Source: Octopus vulgaris (taxonomy: Eukaryota). Taken from it: a stretch of DNA of 64,000 nucleotides. Below the pieces are notes generated by a model. That model saw nothing but the letters and a program-made list of their open reading frames with translations. It had not been told where the DNA came from and searched no databases. Made by a program: the position numbers and the translations under genes. Below, piece by piece: positions 13,150 through 28,859 of this stretch (the first letter of the stretch is position 1; every line of letters starts with the position of its first letter). Location of the stretch: NCBI GenBank assembly GCA_951406725.2, contig OX597824.1:40238001-40302000 (forward strand). Reading direction: 5' to 3'.

Positions 13150-13568
13150 AATGAATCAAACATCGGAAACCGGACATTATTGTGGAGAATAAAACAGAAA
13201 GAACTTGCATGATAATCGACATAGTATGTCCTGGTGACGACAGGATCAAAGAGAAAGAAGAAAACTGAACAACTACGACGATTTGAAGTGTGAGATACGA
13301 AGGTTGTGGTTAATGAGAAGAGCAGATGTGATATCAATAGTAACTGACGCACTTGGGAGTATCAGCACACAACTACCAACATGGCTCAAAAAGATTGGTA
13401 CAAATGTAAAGGTAGAATTCCTATAAAAATCAGCATTGCTTGGCACTGCAAGCATTCTTTGCAGGGTTCTTGAAGCATGACCGGTAAACAAGTATCACTT
13501 TAGTCTGCTGGCTGTGGAAAGCTGACCCTTTCCATCATAACCAGCAAAACAAGCTGAGAGTTTTCACT
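13150..13568 (+). mobile_element. 3' end of an R4/Dong LINE (restriction-like endonuclease and 3' UTR)
   Basis: Translates KHRKPDIIVENKTERTCMIIDIVCPGD, then after a frameshift NYDDLKCEIRRLW...SALLGTASILCRVLEA* (stop 13478-13480). Runs directly into (AAT)n. Missed by the ORF track. Confidence 0.8.
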
Positions 13569-15530
<1,962 letters not shown>

Positions 15531-16085
15531 TGCTCATATGCAGTACCAGACAGTGGCTCTCATGGCTTCTGATCTTAACTGATTGGAAGTGTTATCATGT
15601 ATATTGCTTTGTCTTGGTATAAAAGATAGGCTACAGCAAATATTCTGCTCAATACCACAGATTTGCTTGTCAATTGTTTGACCTTCACCAGTTGACCATG
15701 TCCCTTGGTGGCTGACGATATGTGCATCTCTGATCATGAACAGAAGTAGTGGGGGAGCATCATATCCGTGTGTTGAAAGGAATTCTTGGAAGTTTGGATA
15801 ATTCACCTATGGAAACATGGATGGTTCGTTCAACATCCTTAAACAATCCTTATTCAGAGACCATTTGAGAGGGATGGGTTACTCGACCAGAAGAAAATTC
15901 TAACTGGGCCCCACTTGCAAGGTCATGCGCTCTTTATCTTGATATGAGATCACCATGTCGCGCACATATGGTTATGATGCATGTACCTAGTGTACCCTTA
16001 TCAGACGGGTAGTCATGATGGGTATACTGGGCTTCGTTTATTTTACCCCAGTGCCACTTTGATGGCATCCACTGCTCTCTCACTC
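15531..16085 (+). mobile_element. ~550-bp non-coding interspersed element flanked by (AAT)n
   Basis: Reverse complement of 41051-41561 with the same termini (TGCYCWKATGCAGTACC...CTGCTCTCTCACTY), followed by AAT repeats. Confidence 0.8.
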
Positions 16086-16719
16086 AATAATAATAATCAT
16101 AGCGTAATATAAATAGTTGAATGTTTTCGTGTGTGACTTTTGGCCCACCTCCATATGGTAAGTTTATAAATCAACTCGAACTTTGCAGTAAATGTGACTG
16201 AACTCTCAACAGAAAGTCCCATCTGTAAATGTTCCGTTCATATTCTTCAAACAGATTTAAAAATAATGACCATATTTCTACACACATACGTACGTACGTG
16301 TGTGAGTGTGTGGCATACTGAAAATGAATAGTATTCATTTCGAGTGGCATTAAGTTTCGATCTATTCGAGCTTTTCCAATGAAAAGAGTATTTGCTTCAA
16401 TTATAGCAATTCATTAAAAAAAATATGGCAGGATGTTTGCACATGTGTGGTTGTTGTTTTTTTTAATATATCGAAACAAAAGATAAAGAACTTTATTTTA
16501 AATTAAATAACAAAGGAATTAAAGTGTCAGTAGTAGGTTTCTTGGAAAAAAAAGTAATAAATATAGACCTCTACTAAAGCTGAGCGAGAATTATAATTAA
16601 ATACAGGGAGAAAGTAGGAAAGAAAATGGGACTTATAATTAGATTCTGAAAGACAGAATGTTTTACATACACACACCCAAAAACACAAACACACATACAA
16701 ACACAGACATACACATATG

Positions 16720-16751
<32 letters not shown>

Positions 16752-16793
16752 CGCGCGCACACTCACACATATATATGTATATATAGTGTACGC

Positions 16794-16829
<36 letters not shown>

Positions 16830-16864
16830 TATATATATATAGAGAGAGAGAGACAGAGAGAGAC

Positions 16865-16895
<31 letters not shown>

Positions 16896-17033
16896 GAGAG
16901 AGAGATGCATATATACACTTATATGTATATAAACTTCCAAGTATATTAATATATATTTATATATATGAATTTATGTATATTTATATGTACATGTGTAAAA
17001 AAAATATACAAACATGCATATATACGAATATAA

Positions 17034-17064
<31 letters not shown>

Positions 17065-17219
17065 CATACATACATACATACATACATACATACATACATA
17101 CATACATACATACATACACGTGAAGGTAGACCTTCAAGGCTTTGGAACGAAATGAAAATATCAAAGCCTTGTAAAGAATCTATAACTTGCTAATAATTGT
17201 AATAATTATATGCGGTCGC

Positions 17220-17302
<83 letters not shown>

Positions 17303-17585
17303 TATATATACATGCAGGTTTGTCATTTTCTCGCTGAGCCTCGAAACAGATTCTGAAAATTAATTATATATTTTAGGTATTCACGCATATATATTTCTGT
17401 CTATTTATCTGCCTATATAAGTAAATATCATTTTCTTAAACTATTTATTTATCTTTTTATTCTGTCTTTCTGTCTATTCAATTTATATATCTATCTGTAC
17501 ATAAACACTGACAGACAGATAGATAGACAGATGGGTAGGCAGATAGGCAGATAGGCATACACACAGATAGATAGATAGATAGATA

Positions 17586-18730
17586 GGTTTCTTTATTGGC
17601 CATACAGGGCTGCACACAGATGGGACAAGTTACAAGGTAGAGCTTTTCTTTTGGGGGATGAAAAAAACAACAAAAAACAAAAAACAAAAGAATAAAAAAA
17701 AAGGGTTGCGTAGGTTTTCGATCAATAGGGATCGTAAAAGGGAAAAAAGAACAAAAAAAGGAAAAGAAAAAAGAAAAAAGGGAAAAGGAACAAAGGAAAA
17801 GAAAAATGAAAAAAGAAGAAAAAAGAGGAAAAAAAGGGGAAGAGGAAAAAAACGATCAATAGGGATCGTGTATCACAGTGTCATGATGTATGGTGTAAAG
17901 GGGAAAGCAAGTAAGGTTTATCCGTGGGAAGAAAAGCCTACGAAAAAGACCACGGTAACCTTGGTCAATATTGTTATATGTTTCCACGTTTGTTTGCAAG
18001 TGGGTAACCCTCTGTTTTCAATTTCTGGGTTCATAGGATTATGCTCAAGGTGGCTTCGTCATTCATACGTCCCATCCTTGCTACATTCACCCATCTTTTT
18101 TTAAAACGTTCGCTAGACAAAACTTGCCTCTCTACTCTCACTTTCCTTTTCAAGTGGTACTTGAAGAAGTTGATGAGAGGTTGACCAGAGAGGAAAGTGT
18201 TTGTCTCCAATCCTTTCAGACGCGTCCACCAGATACATTCTTTCGCCATAGCCACAAGGATGATGAAAATAGCTCTTCCTTCCCGTTTGAAGGAAGGAGG
18301 CGTGACAATATTGACGATAGACTCAGCTGATAAACCGACTCGTCCCACACGTGACAGCAGTTGTTCGACATAAGCCCACAGGTCGGAAATTGTTGGACAC
18401 TGCACGAATGCGTGCAGAACGGTTTCGTCGCTCTGACCGCATCTCGGGCAGGTCGGCCCCGTGTTTCTGGAGCCGTGTCTGTAGAGCTTATCTCGAACGG
18501 GTAGCGCTTCTCGGTAGCACTGCCAGGCCAGGGATCTCTGGAAGTTGTCCATGGGCCCTGGCCCGAAAGTCGTCCCGAACAGGCGGGTCAGGTATTCCTC
18601 GTCGACGTCCAGGTTCGCCCCGAGCTCGTCGTCGTACCTCCCCTCCACTAATCCCCTATAGAATGCTTTGGTTGTGATGGAGTCACTCAAGGTTGACCCA
18701 GGACGGCAGAGTTGCTTGAGAGCAACGCGA
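17586..18730 (-). mobile_element. L1/Tx1-clade LINE, 5'-truncated
   Basis: ORF 18031-18759 has a zf-RVT-like C-terminus (W...ALPVRDKL...CPRCGQSDETVLHAFVQC). T-rich 3' UTR ends GCCAATAAAGAAAC inside (TATC)n. Confidence 0.8.
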
Positions 18731-18798
18731 GACAAACAGACAAACAGACAGACGGACAAACAGACAGGCAGGCAAACAGACAGACAGATAGGTAGGCA

Positions 18799-19011
18799 GG
18801 CGGCGAGCTGGCAGAAACGTTAGCACGCCGGGCGAAATTCTAAGCAGTATTTCGTCTGTCTACGTCCTGAGTTCGAATTCCGCCTTTCATCCTTTCGAGG
18901 TCGATAAATTAAGTACCAGTTACGCACTGGGGTCGATGTAATCGACTTAATCCCTTTGTCTGTCTTTGTTTGCCCCCTCCATGTTTAGCCCCTTGTGGGC
19001 AATAAAGAAAC
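18799..19011 (+). mobile_element. tRNA-derived SINE family A
   Basis: Head GGCGGCGAGCTGGCAGAAACGTTAGCAC, B-box-like GAGTTCGAATTCC, core CCTTTCATCCTTTCG-GGTCGATAAATTAAGTACCAG. Many copies in the window. Confidence 0.85.
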
Positions 19012-19427
<416 letters not shown>

Positions 19428-19664
19428 CTGTTTAACTTGTCAAATCATTTTGTACTGTTATCTCCTCAATTTTAGAAAATGTTCTGTGTGTATGTATATT
19501 TGTGTATGTATGAGTTTGCACATTTGTATGTATGTATGTATAAACGTGTGCTTTATACTCATATGAAAGTATGCAAATGGACGCCGTATATGAAGTCGTG
19601 TATGTATGTATGCATGCGTGATCGTGCTCGCGTATATATATATATGTATATATATATATGTATA

Positions 19665-19760
<96 letters not shown>

Positions 19761-20319
19761 CACACACACTCGTTTGTGTGTATATGTATGTGGTGTATGT
19801 TGAAATACAACCCCATTTCAAGCTCTGTCTCCATGTTTTTTCCTCTTAGTTTTCCATTATGAGTGTTACGGTGTTTCTCTCTCATCTTCATCACCGTCGT
19901 CCCCGTCGTTGTTGTTATTGTTGCTGTTGTTAATGGAATCTCGGTTTTTTTTTGGTTTTTGTTGTTTTTGGTAAATGCTTTATCGTTATTGTTGTTGATA
20001 CTGTTGTAGTTGTTGCTATTATAATAGCTACTTTTCAATATTATTAATATTGTTCTTGTTATTTGTTAACGGTAAAGTTAGTTTCCTTTTTATTCATTTT
20101 ATAGTAATAACATTGCTGTTATTATCATTGTTGTTGTTGCTGCAGCTGCTACTATAATTGCTGTTGTTATTGTTATTGTCATTGCTGCAGTTGTTGTTGT
20201 TGTTGTTATTGCTGTTGCTGCTGCTGTAGGGGGTTTTGCTGTTATTGTTGTTGTAACTGTTGTCGTGTAGATCACCGTCTTGGCGATTCTGAAGACATTT
20301 TAACTTTAGAATTGCTTTT

Positions 20320-20527
<208 letters not shown>

Positions 20528-20899
20528 GAAAGATACGCCTTAATCTTCGACATTAGCATCAACATCATCTTCAACCATATCTTGATCATTGTTTTATTTT
20601 ATTGCCATCGTGAAATATAATGGCTGGAAAGAATTTTAAAACCATGTTCAAAAGTTACAAATATGGTTGAAATAGTCTATCTGCATTTATTTAAAAAAAA
20701 AAAAAAAGTAAAAAACGAGTTAATATTTCAATTACATTCGTGTCAAAAAAAAACGTGCAGAGATATCTGTGTTTTGTGTGTGTGTGTGTAGTAAAGAGTG
20801 AAAATAATGGTATTAGATTTCTTCCTTCATTTCGATCGTTTCAACAAAACATGGTTCAGACACATGAAGAATATAAATGGTTATGTAATATTGGATACT

Positions 20900-21630
20900 G
20901 ATTTCAAATTTTGGCACAAGGCCAACAAGTTTGGGGGCGGAGGTAAGTCGATTACATCGACCCCGATACTTAATTGATACCTATTTTATTGACCCCGAAA
21001 GTCGACCTCGGCGGAATTTGAACTCAGAACGTAAGGACGGACAAAATGTTGCTAAGCATTTCACCCGGCGTACAAACGATTCTTCCAGCTCGCCGCCTTA
21101 ATATATAATATTCTTTTGTACTTTAGGTACAAGGTCCGAAATTTTGGGGGAGGGGAACAGTCGATTAGAACGGCTCCATTTCGCAACTGGTACTTAATTT
21201 ATCGACCCCGAAAGGATGAAAGGCATAGTCGACCTCGGCGGAATTTGAACTCAGAACGTAAGGACGGACGAAATGCTGCAAAGCATTTCGCCCGGCATGC
21301 AAACGATTCTTCCAGCTCTGCACCTTAATGTATAATATTACATAATTACATGTGAACCATATTTATATTTGATGAGATGAACATGGATCGCATGAAATAT
21401 GGTTCAATATTACGTAATCATTTAAGGCGGCGAGCTGGTAGGATCGTTAGCACGCCGAGCAAAATATTTGGCAGCATTTCGTCCATCCTTACGTTCTGAG
21501 TTCAAATTCCTCTGAGGTTGACTTTCCCATTCATCCTTTCGGGCTAGATAAAATAATTACCAGTCGAGCACTAGGGTAGATGTAATCGACTTTTCTCCTC
21601 CAACCAAAGTTGCTGGCTTTGTGCCAAAAT
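20900..21630. mobile_element. Cluster of three SINE family A copies (20900-21100 -, 21110-21327 -, 21425-21630 +)
   Basis: Each matches 18799-19011 or its reverse complement. Confidence 0.8.
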
Positions 21631-21849
21631 TCGATGTTCATAATGTGTCTCAACCATGTATTGTTAAAACGACCATAAATAATATTTTCCCCAGGAATTT
21701 CAGTTTGTATGGAATGGTTTCCATTAAGAAAAAACTGCCCTCTTCCATGCAGACTGTTAGCCGGTGTTCACGGGGTTGCTGACCGAGAAAGACGTTCGGA
21801 TTTCCAAATCTCATTTTAGCATGTGTGTGTGTAATCATATTATATTATA

Positions 21850-22303
21850 CTAACTTAAAAGCCGCATTCCGTGCGGACTTTTAAACTAGCTCCTGTGGTG
21901 GGTTAATTGGGCTTGCAGCCCCAAACTAAAGTGAGCTAAATAGCATGACTAGAATATGTCCATAATAACTATATGCCCCGGTGATGTTAAATCAGAAGTT
22001 AAGGAAGGATGAGAATTAATTATGTAATGCAATCATTCATCTCCCCCTTGATCTCTGATGTCATCTGACAAACCCCAAACATGATGGAGTGAATCAACCA
22101 AGCTTTACCTGCTAGAAATAACAACCCAAGTGTTTTTAAATCAGATCCCAATACTGGATGCTCAAGACCAAATGAAGAGCAGATTTGAAGTCCCGCGAAC
22201 ATCTTGATTCCAAAAAGGTATAATATGCCTATGTAGATCAAATGTAGATTGAGATACTGGGATCCCAGACGGACAGACAGAATTTTACTTGTATTAATAT
22301 AGA
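21850..22303 (-). mobile_element. Non-autonomous Helitron-like element
   Basis: Minus strand starts TCTATATTAATAC...TGTCTGTCCGTC and ends with hairpin CCGCA-CGGAA-TGCGG followed by TTAG|T. Confidence 0.5.
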
Positions 22304-22884
22304 GTAAGACAATATATTACGTGCTAAAGCTTAGTCAAACTGAAATTAATCAAATTGTGTGGCACAGAAAGGTGTTGGATAAAATGTATGCATGTACAAT
22401 GATATTTCGCGCGTTCGTGCACACTCAAACATAGAAAGACATTTTGCTGCAATTCTGTTAACTAGCAAATCTAACCATCTACAATGGCGGCATAAAATGA
22501 GGGTATGGAAGTCATAACAGCGGTATGTATTGAGAAATGTGTAAATGGTCTTGATAGATTACTGGGTGATGTCTTAGAGAAATCACATTATTGGTGATAC
22601 AGCATTCTATTGCAGCTATATGACGTGTGATGACGATTCACTCCCGAACTGAAATAGGCTCTCAGCCTCTGTATCATAAATGGTTATGTGGACCACTCCT
22701 AACGAAAGCCAGAGCTTCCGTCGACCACTACATAAAAAGTGTTAAGAAAACATTGTTATTTAGATATACTTTTATTTTAGTTGTTTACACGATTTTACGC
22801 TTGCTTATACTCTTATACAGTCAAAGTTCACAAAGTTCCTTATTTAAATAATGAATCATATTCTTTTCGATAATATCATTATGA

Positions 22885-23150
22885 TTACAAAACTTCTTTG
22901 TAGACAATATTTTCTGTTTGATCGACACTAATTTTCAAATTACTGGAGTCCGTTGCTCTACTCATAGCGACGTATAACTGGCCGTATGTAAACATCGGAA
23001 TGGGTAAAAATACACCTACACGATCTAAAATCTGGCCCTGTGCCTTGTTTGTTGTGAATGCGGGAGCAGAATCAACCTAAAACTTACCTCTCTTGAATAA
23101 TGCAAATAATGTCTGGATAGGACTGTGAATGACAGATTCAGTATTCGTGG
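22885..23150 (-). mobile_element. Helitron PIF1-helicase C-terminal relic
   Basis: Translates FTTNKAQGQILDRVGVFLPIPMFTYGQLYVAMSRAT...ENIVYKEVL*. Confidence 0.8.
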
Positions 23151-23320
23151 TTGATGACGCGTTAGTACGTAGAAATACACCGATGACGTTATTCATGGCT
23201 CATGTTGTTTATGAGGAGAAATTTCTCTCGAGACGATGACGCGTTAGTACGTAGAAATACACCGATGACGTTATTCATGGCTCATGTTGTTTATGAGGAG
23301 AAATTTCTCTCGAGACGATT

Positions 23321-23656
23321 TCTTAAAATCACAGTCCGTGTTCCTGGAATGATTACAATGTAGTCTGTAGTACCCGTGGGCATCAGGTTGATAATCTTCA
23401 TGGAATCATTTCTTCGGGTGATATAACACTAATGGATGTACAACAGAGAGATGCTTATCTTTTTTGACCAGTATGACGGTTGACATAACTCAGTCGACCT
23501 TCATACTGACCAACAGGGATAAGCATCTCTCTGTTGTACATCCATTAATGTTATATCATCTGAAGAAATGAATCCATGAAGATGGTCAACCCGATACCCA
23601 CGGATACAACGGACTAAACTGTAATCATTCCAGGAATGCGAACTGTTATCTTAAGA
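23321..23656. mobile_element. Foldback/MITE-like palindrome
   Basis: Two ~165-bp imperfect inverted arms around loop 23485-23492. Confidence 0.85.
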
Positions 23657-23718
23657 GGCTTGTGATTTGTGGAAACGCGTGTAGCGGCGCATTATATGTT
23701 TATAAATTTCATCCAAGG

Positions 23719-23786
<68 letters not shown>

Positions 23787-26136
23787 CGCACCCACACAAA
23801 CACACACATGCACATACACACAAATATTCGACTTCTATTAGCCACTTCTGTCTTGCAATCCCCATTATAATTTTCGATTTTAAAGTTAACTCTGCTATTA
23901 ATTTTCAAAATTTCCATTCAGGAAACGTAGCGTGCATTAATATGCAAAGGTTAAACCTAGGAAAAACGTGTCAATATCGATAAATGTAACTCGGTTGTTT
24001 TGTCTTAATTCTCAGATGAGAAGTACTGGTTTTGCTTTTGTCATTTTCTTTTTTGAGATCTTTTTGTCCATTCTCCAGTCAATTTAAATTTAAATTCATT
24101 ACTAAAATGTCACGTCTTCTGAAGTGCTACTCATTTCTTTCACAATGTTCTTCAAAATTCAAACTTTTTTCTATTTCGTACGTCAGTGTTACTTAAAAAA
24201 AAAATTTAATCTTGAAACATTTTAGTAAACGAATAAGTTGTAAGGAATTGGGGGGAAAAAAAGAAAGCTAAGACATACATTTTCGTTTTTTTATGGTTTA
24301 CAAAGGAAGATTGCGAAGGAAAATTATAAATTGATAACAAAAAGCATCTTCTCACTTTATCCCTCCCAACCTCCTTCCCCTCTCTCCTTCTCTCTCCCCC
24401 TCACTCTCTCTCCTTCCTCCCACTTTCTCTCTCTCTCTCTCATATGAATTCTGAAATTTGCATTTATTTTAGTAACGTCCGCAAGATAAATCTTCGTGTC
24501 ATTAAAATTTCCCTAATGGAACAATAAGACTTCTCGAGACGGTATCTGGCATTCATTAAGGATACTTTAAAACACTACCATTAAGCAACGACTTTGGCTA
24601 AACTATACAATAAAAACAATTTTTGTTGTTACTGTTTTGTTTCACTTTTAGGGTTTTTGTTACTGAGTCATGGTCACTGTTAAGAGATCGTAAGACCGAG
24701 ACGAAGGTTCAATCTCTGATTTCGATTCCTATATTTATAATATTCTTCGTGATATTTGCTTCACTTACGTTGTTGTTATTGTTGTTACACTATTCGAGTA
24801 AGCTCTGAATAAACTGAAATAAATTGACCCATGTTAGAAGGTATCCCAGTAATGGCCATCCATTCTAATTTTCAGGTGTTGTATCTCCAACTGCACTTAT
24901 CCTACCAATCCTTTTTTAAAGACGATAGTGTATCGTTTAAGAGACTTTGCAATCATTTCCAGTTATAGAGACTCTCCCGTTGATTCAGCATAGCTTATGC
25001 TATGATAGTGTTTATGGGGAAAGGCATGGACATCACAAACTACCAGTTCTGTTATATGAGAAATTATAATTTACATTCTATACTTCTTGAGTACTGAAGA
25101 AAGGCTCACGAGCCAATCTCACCGCTTGCACGGCAGTCGAGATTCCTTTTTACTAATCGCCTCTCCTAAATTACTAACTCGCTCCTCCTCCAATTTGTCG
25201 CCCTCGTTGCTAGTTCTTCGCTAAAACCTATTGATTCTGGTGTAATCGCCCTCTTCGGGTATTCCACCACTGGTTGTGACTATTGCTCCCGACAACAACC
25301 GCTTAACTAATTAACTAAATCGGTTTCTTTAGTTTTTGCATCCCAGTAATGAGACGTCAGCTTCCAGTAATTGGTTCCCTGTCTATGAATCATATCTATG
25401 TCGACTGAGCAAATCATAAATGTCTAGTCTGCATGGCCGACTAATTTGAAATTGTGGATATCCTACCCTATTCCTCTCCGCTGGTGTATCTGGATACGAT
25501 CTGTATAACCCGCTATGATTACCTCATGTCTACACTATCACATCAGGGAAATCTAGTCGGTATCTATCATACAATTAGAAAGGGAGTTCTAAACAGGTTT
25601 CCGAGGCTTTTGCACAAGCTTCTAAGCGCTAACCGTGCACAGTCCCGCCGTGCGTCTAAAATGTAGTTCCAGTCTCCCACAAGCAGTAGAGATCGAGATG
25701 TCCCCAGAAAAGCTTCCAGAAATCTGAAGAAATAGAACATCATATAACTGTCGGGGCATAGACATCCACTACTCTGAAGCTTCTAAGTGGAAGGAAAGGC
25801 ATGTTATTTGTCTATCTCCTTAACTTCTTGGAGATTTCAGGCAAAATTATATTAATGCGTCCATCTATTTCAATTTAATTTAATTCTATGTCTTTGTGCA
25901 GCTGAAGATTGCTCTGCATTTAAATTAATGTAATTGTTGTATTGTTCAATTAAATGGATTTGCGTGAAACGATCGTACTGCATTACCTCTGGATATCCTT
26001 GTTGCTTATTTTGATTATATATATATATATATATATATCATGATATATATCATGATAGATAAAATGACAGATTCATAAAGAGCTAAGAAAAAAATATAAA
26101 AGAAAGTAATAGTTTAAGATTTAGCAATTTGGTTAG

Positions 26137-26142
<6 letters not shown>

Positions 26143-26211
<69 letters not shown>

Positions 26212-26225
26212 TATATGTATGTATG

Positions 26226-26304
<79 letters not shown>

Positions 26305-26351
26305 TACATATGTACATGTACATATATATATACACATATTACATATGTACA

Positions 26352-26395
<44 letters not shown>

Positions 26396-26454
26396 TACAT
26401 TCCCTCACACATATACACAGACATACGTACCCACCTACAACATACATACATACA

Positions 26455-26488
<34 letters not shown>

Positions 26489-26513
26489 CATGCATGCATT
26501 CATACATATATAA

Positions 26514-26544
<31 letters not shown>

Positions 26545-26574
26545 CATACATACATACATACATACATACATACA

Positions 26575-26605
<31 letters not shown>

Positions 26606-26622
26606 GTACGTACATATATACA
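26143..26622. repeat. Compound (TA)n/(TG)n/(TACA)n microsatellite
   Basis: Direct reading. Confidence 0.9.
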
Positions 26623-27049
26623 TTCATAAAGACAGGCAGTCTTATATATTGCGTGTTCGTATATATCTCTATAGTTCTGTTATGGAGGACACGAGTGTCA
26701 CTGAAATACAATATTCAGTATTTCTTAATTATCTTCACAAAACTTAAGACATTCATGAAAAATATTAAAAAATATCAATATGATATTCCTATCAAATTGT
26801 AAGAAAGAAATATCACAGTTACATCTATAGGCAAAATTTGTCTCCTTTTTTTTTTCTTATTTTCATTCATAGCATAGCATAACGTAAAGTGAATGTATTT
26901 CTAATGTTGTATAAGAACATATTATGGAATATTCTCCAGAAATTATTAAACATTATAAGCAATAATGATGAAATAATAAAATTGACTAAGAAAAAAATTG
27001 AAAAAGTTCTGTCTTCTTATGAAGCTAAATCGTTTGACATTGCTCTGAG

Positions 27050-27320
27050 GAAAAACTGGTGATTCGTTCAGAAAATTTGTAGGAAAAATTTCCATGATAT
27101 GATTAAATCTACAGTTTATTGTGTTATTAAATGTAATAAAATTGGCATTACGAAAATGAGGCCAAGAATTGGAAGTCCTTAGGAAATTATTGAATATATT
27201 TTAGATACGTTGTACAAAAATTGCAAAATGACAGATTCATAAAGAGCTAAGAAAATAATACGAAAGAAAGAAATAGTTTAAGATTTAGCAATTTGGTTAG
27301 ACAACAATTTGGCACTCTCG
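27050..27320 (+). mobile_element. Possible Tc1 transposase N-terminal (HTH) relic
   Basis: Translates IKSTVYCVIKCNKIGITKMRPRIGSP, resembling the Tc1 STV..I.K...RPRSGRP motif. Highly decayed. Confidence 0.35.
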
Positions 27321-27592
27321 AACAGAATGGAGAAAGCTGATTCGAAACTGCTAATAATTTAAATATTGCTTGAGAAAAGAAAAGAAGAAATTTTACAAAA
27401 AGTTTACAAATAACAAATATATATATATTTTTTTTTTTTTACATATGGAATTAAAAATTGAAAATTTGTTTTCGAGAATGGAAAAGAAAGTAGGAAAATC
27501 AAGTGAAAAGCCATTACTGTTGGCTGTCACTAAAGCTTTTCTATCTTCTTCCGTTTTTGCAAAAAAAAAAAAGAAATATAACATGTGACTTC

Positions 27593-27910
27593 ATTGACCG
27601 AGGTTACCGTGGTCTTTTCCGTAGGCTTTTCCTTCCACGGGTAAACCTCACCTGTCCTCCCCTTTACACTTCATATTGACATTTCTGTGATTACGATCCC
27701 TATTGATCAACTTTTTTTCCTCTCCCCTTTTTCTTTTTTTCCCTCCCCCCCTTTTTTTTAAATCCTCCCCTTTTTTTGTCCTCTTTCTTTCCTTTTACGA
27801 TCCCTTTTGATCGAAAACCAACCCCCTTTTTTTTACCCCCAAAAGAAAAGCTCTACCTTGTAATTTGTTCTGTCTGTGTGCAGCCCTGTGTGGCTAATAA
27901 AGAAACATAT
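27593..27910 (+). mobile_element. 3' UTR copy of the Tx1/L1-like LINE
   Basis: Reverse complement of 17586-17970 (GGTTACCGTGGTCTTTT...GAAAAGCTCTACCTTGTAA...AATAAAGAAAC). Confidence 0.85.
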
Positions 27911-28318
27911 CTTCTTCCGTTATGTTATTGCGTTCAAACATTGGCGACTGTGAAATATTATCTCGCTGGCGTGTTACCCGTCATACGAGGAGTAACTCTG
28001 GAAGTACGTTTTAGCCACCGTGATAATATCAGGAAATATAGCAGACATGCAATAATTATAATTTAACTTTTATCAAATTTCTTGGTACTTATACAAAATG
28101 TTGAAATAAATAATAATTTTCTAAAGAAAGATATTTATCATTCTATCATTTACACCCTATTCTCATCCTCTGTCTTCATGATTCGTTCTCTCACACCGTG
28201 TGTGTGTGTGGGAGAGAAAGAGAGAGAGACTGCATTCGTGCGTGGTTTCCTTTACTCATTGCCTGCCACCTAAGCTTAGTATGTGCACTCTTCCTGCACC
28301 TCTAACACCAACTCTGTG

Positions 28319-28372
<54 letters not shown>

Positions 28373-28859
28373 CCATCTCACTATACTATGTGAAGTATGA
28401 CTGGAAAAATCAAATAACCAACCAACCAGCCAACCAACATTTACATCAGCTATTATTAAACAAAAAACTGAGTTCAAATTCCGCAGAAGTCGACTTTTCT
28501 TTTCAACATTTCGAGGTTGATAAAACTGGTACCAGTTGAACACGGGGTCGATATAATTGACTAAACCCTTCCTTAAAATTTCAGTCCCTGTACTATAGAA
28601 GAAAGGATACTTAAATAGAAATTCCTTGAATGCTACAAAATATATTGAATTCTTCCATCGGTATAAGGCAAAATTTCCCATATTAGAAACTGAGGGACCA
28701 CACGGTTCCGCGAAAATAAAAATTTAGGGTTCTGCAAGATCAGGTATCTTTTAATAAAATTTAATAAAAACTTCGTTGCCATAGCTGAGAAGAGTCATGA
28801 TTAACAAAACCATTAAACACACTCAGCGGTTGTTGTTTGTCTACATTTTACTTCCCTAC

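Noticed and set aside
23088-23122. Apparent 35-bp minus-strand micro-exon (CACAG...GAG|GTAAGT)
   Set aside because: Lies within the decayed Helitron helicase frame (FKR...NKAQGQ), so the splice-like motifs are probably coincidental
25094-25120. CTGAAGA plus hairpin GGCTC/GAGCC as a hammerhead
   Set aside because: No GAAA after stem II and no cleavage triplet or stem I
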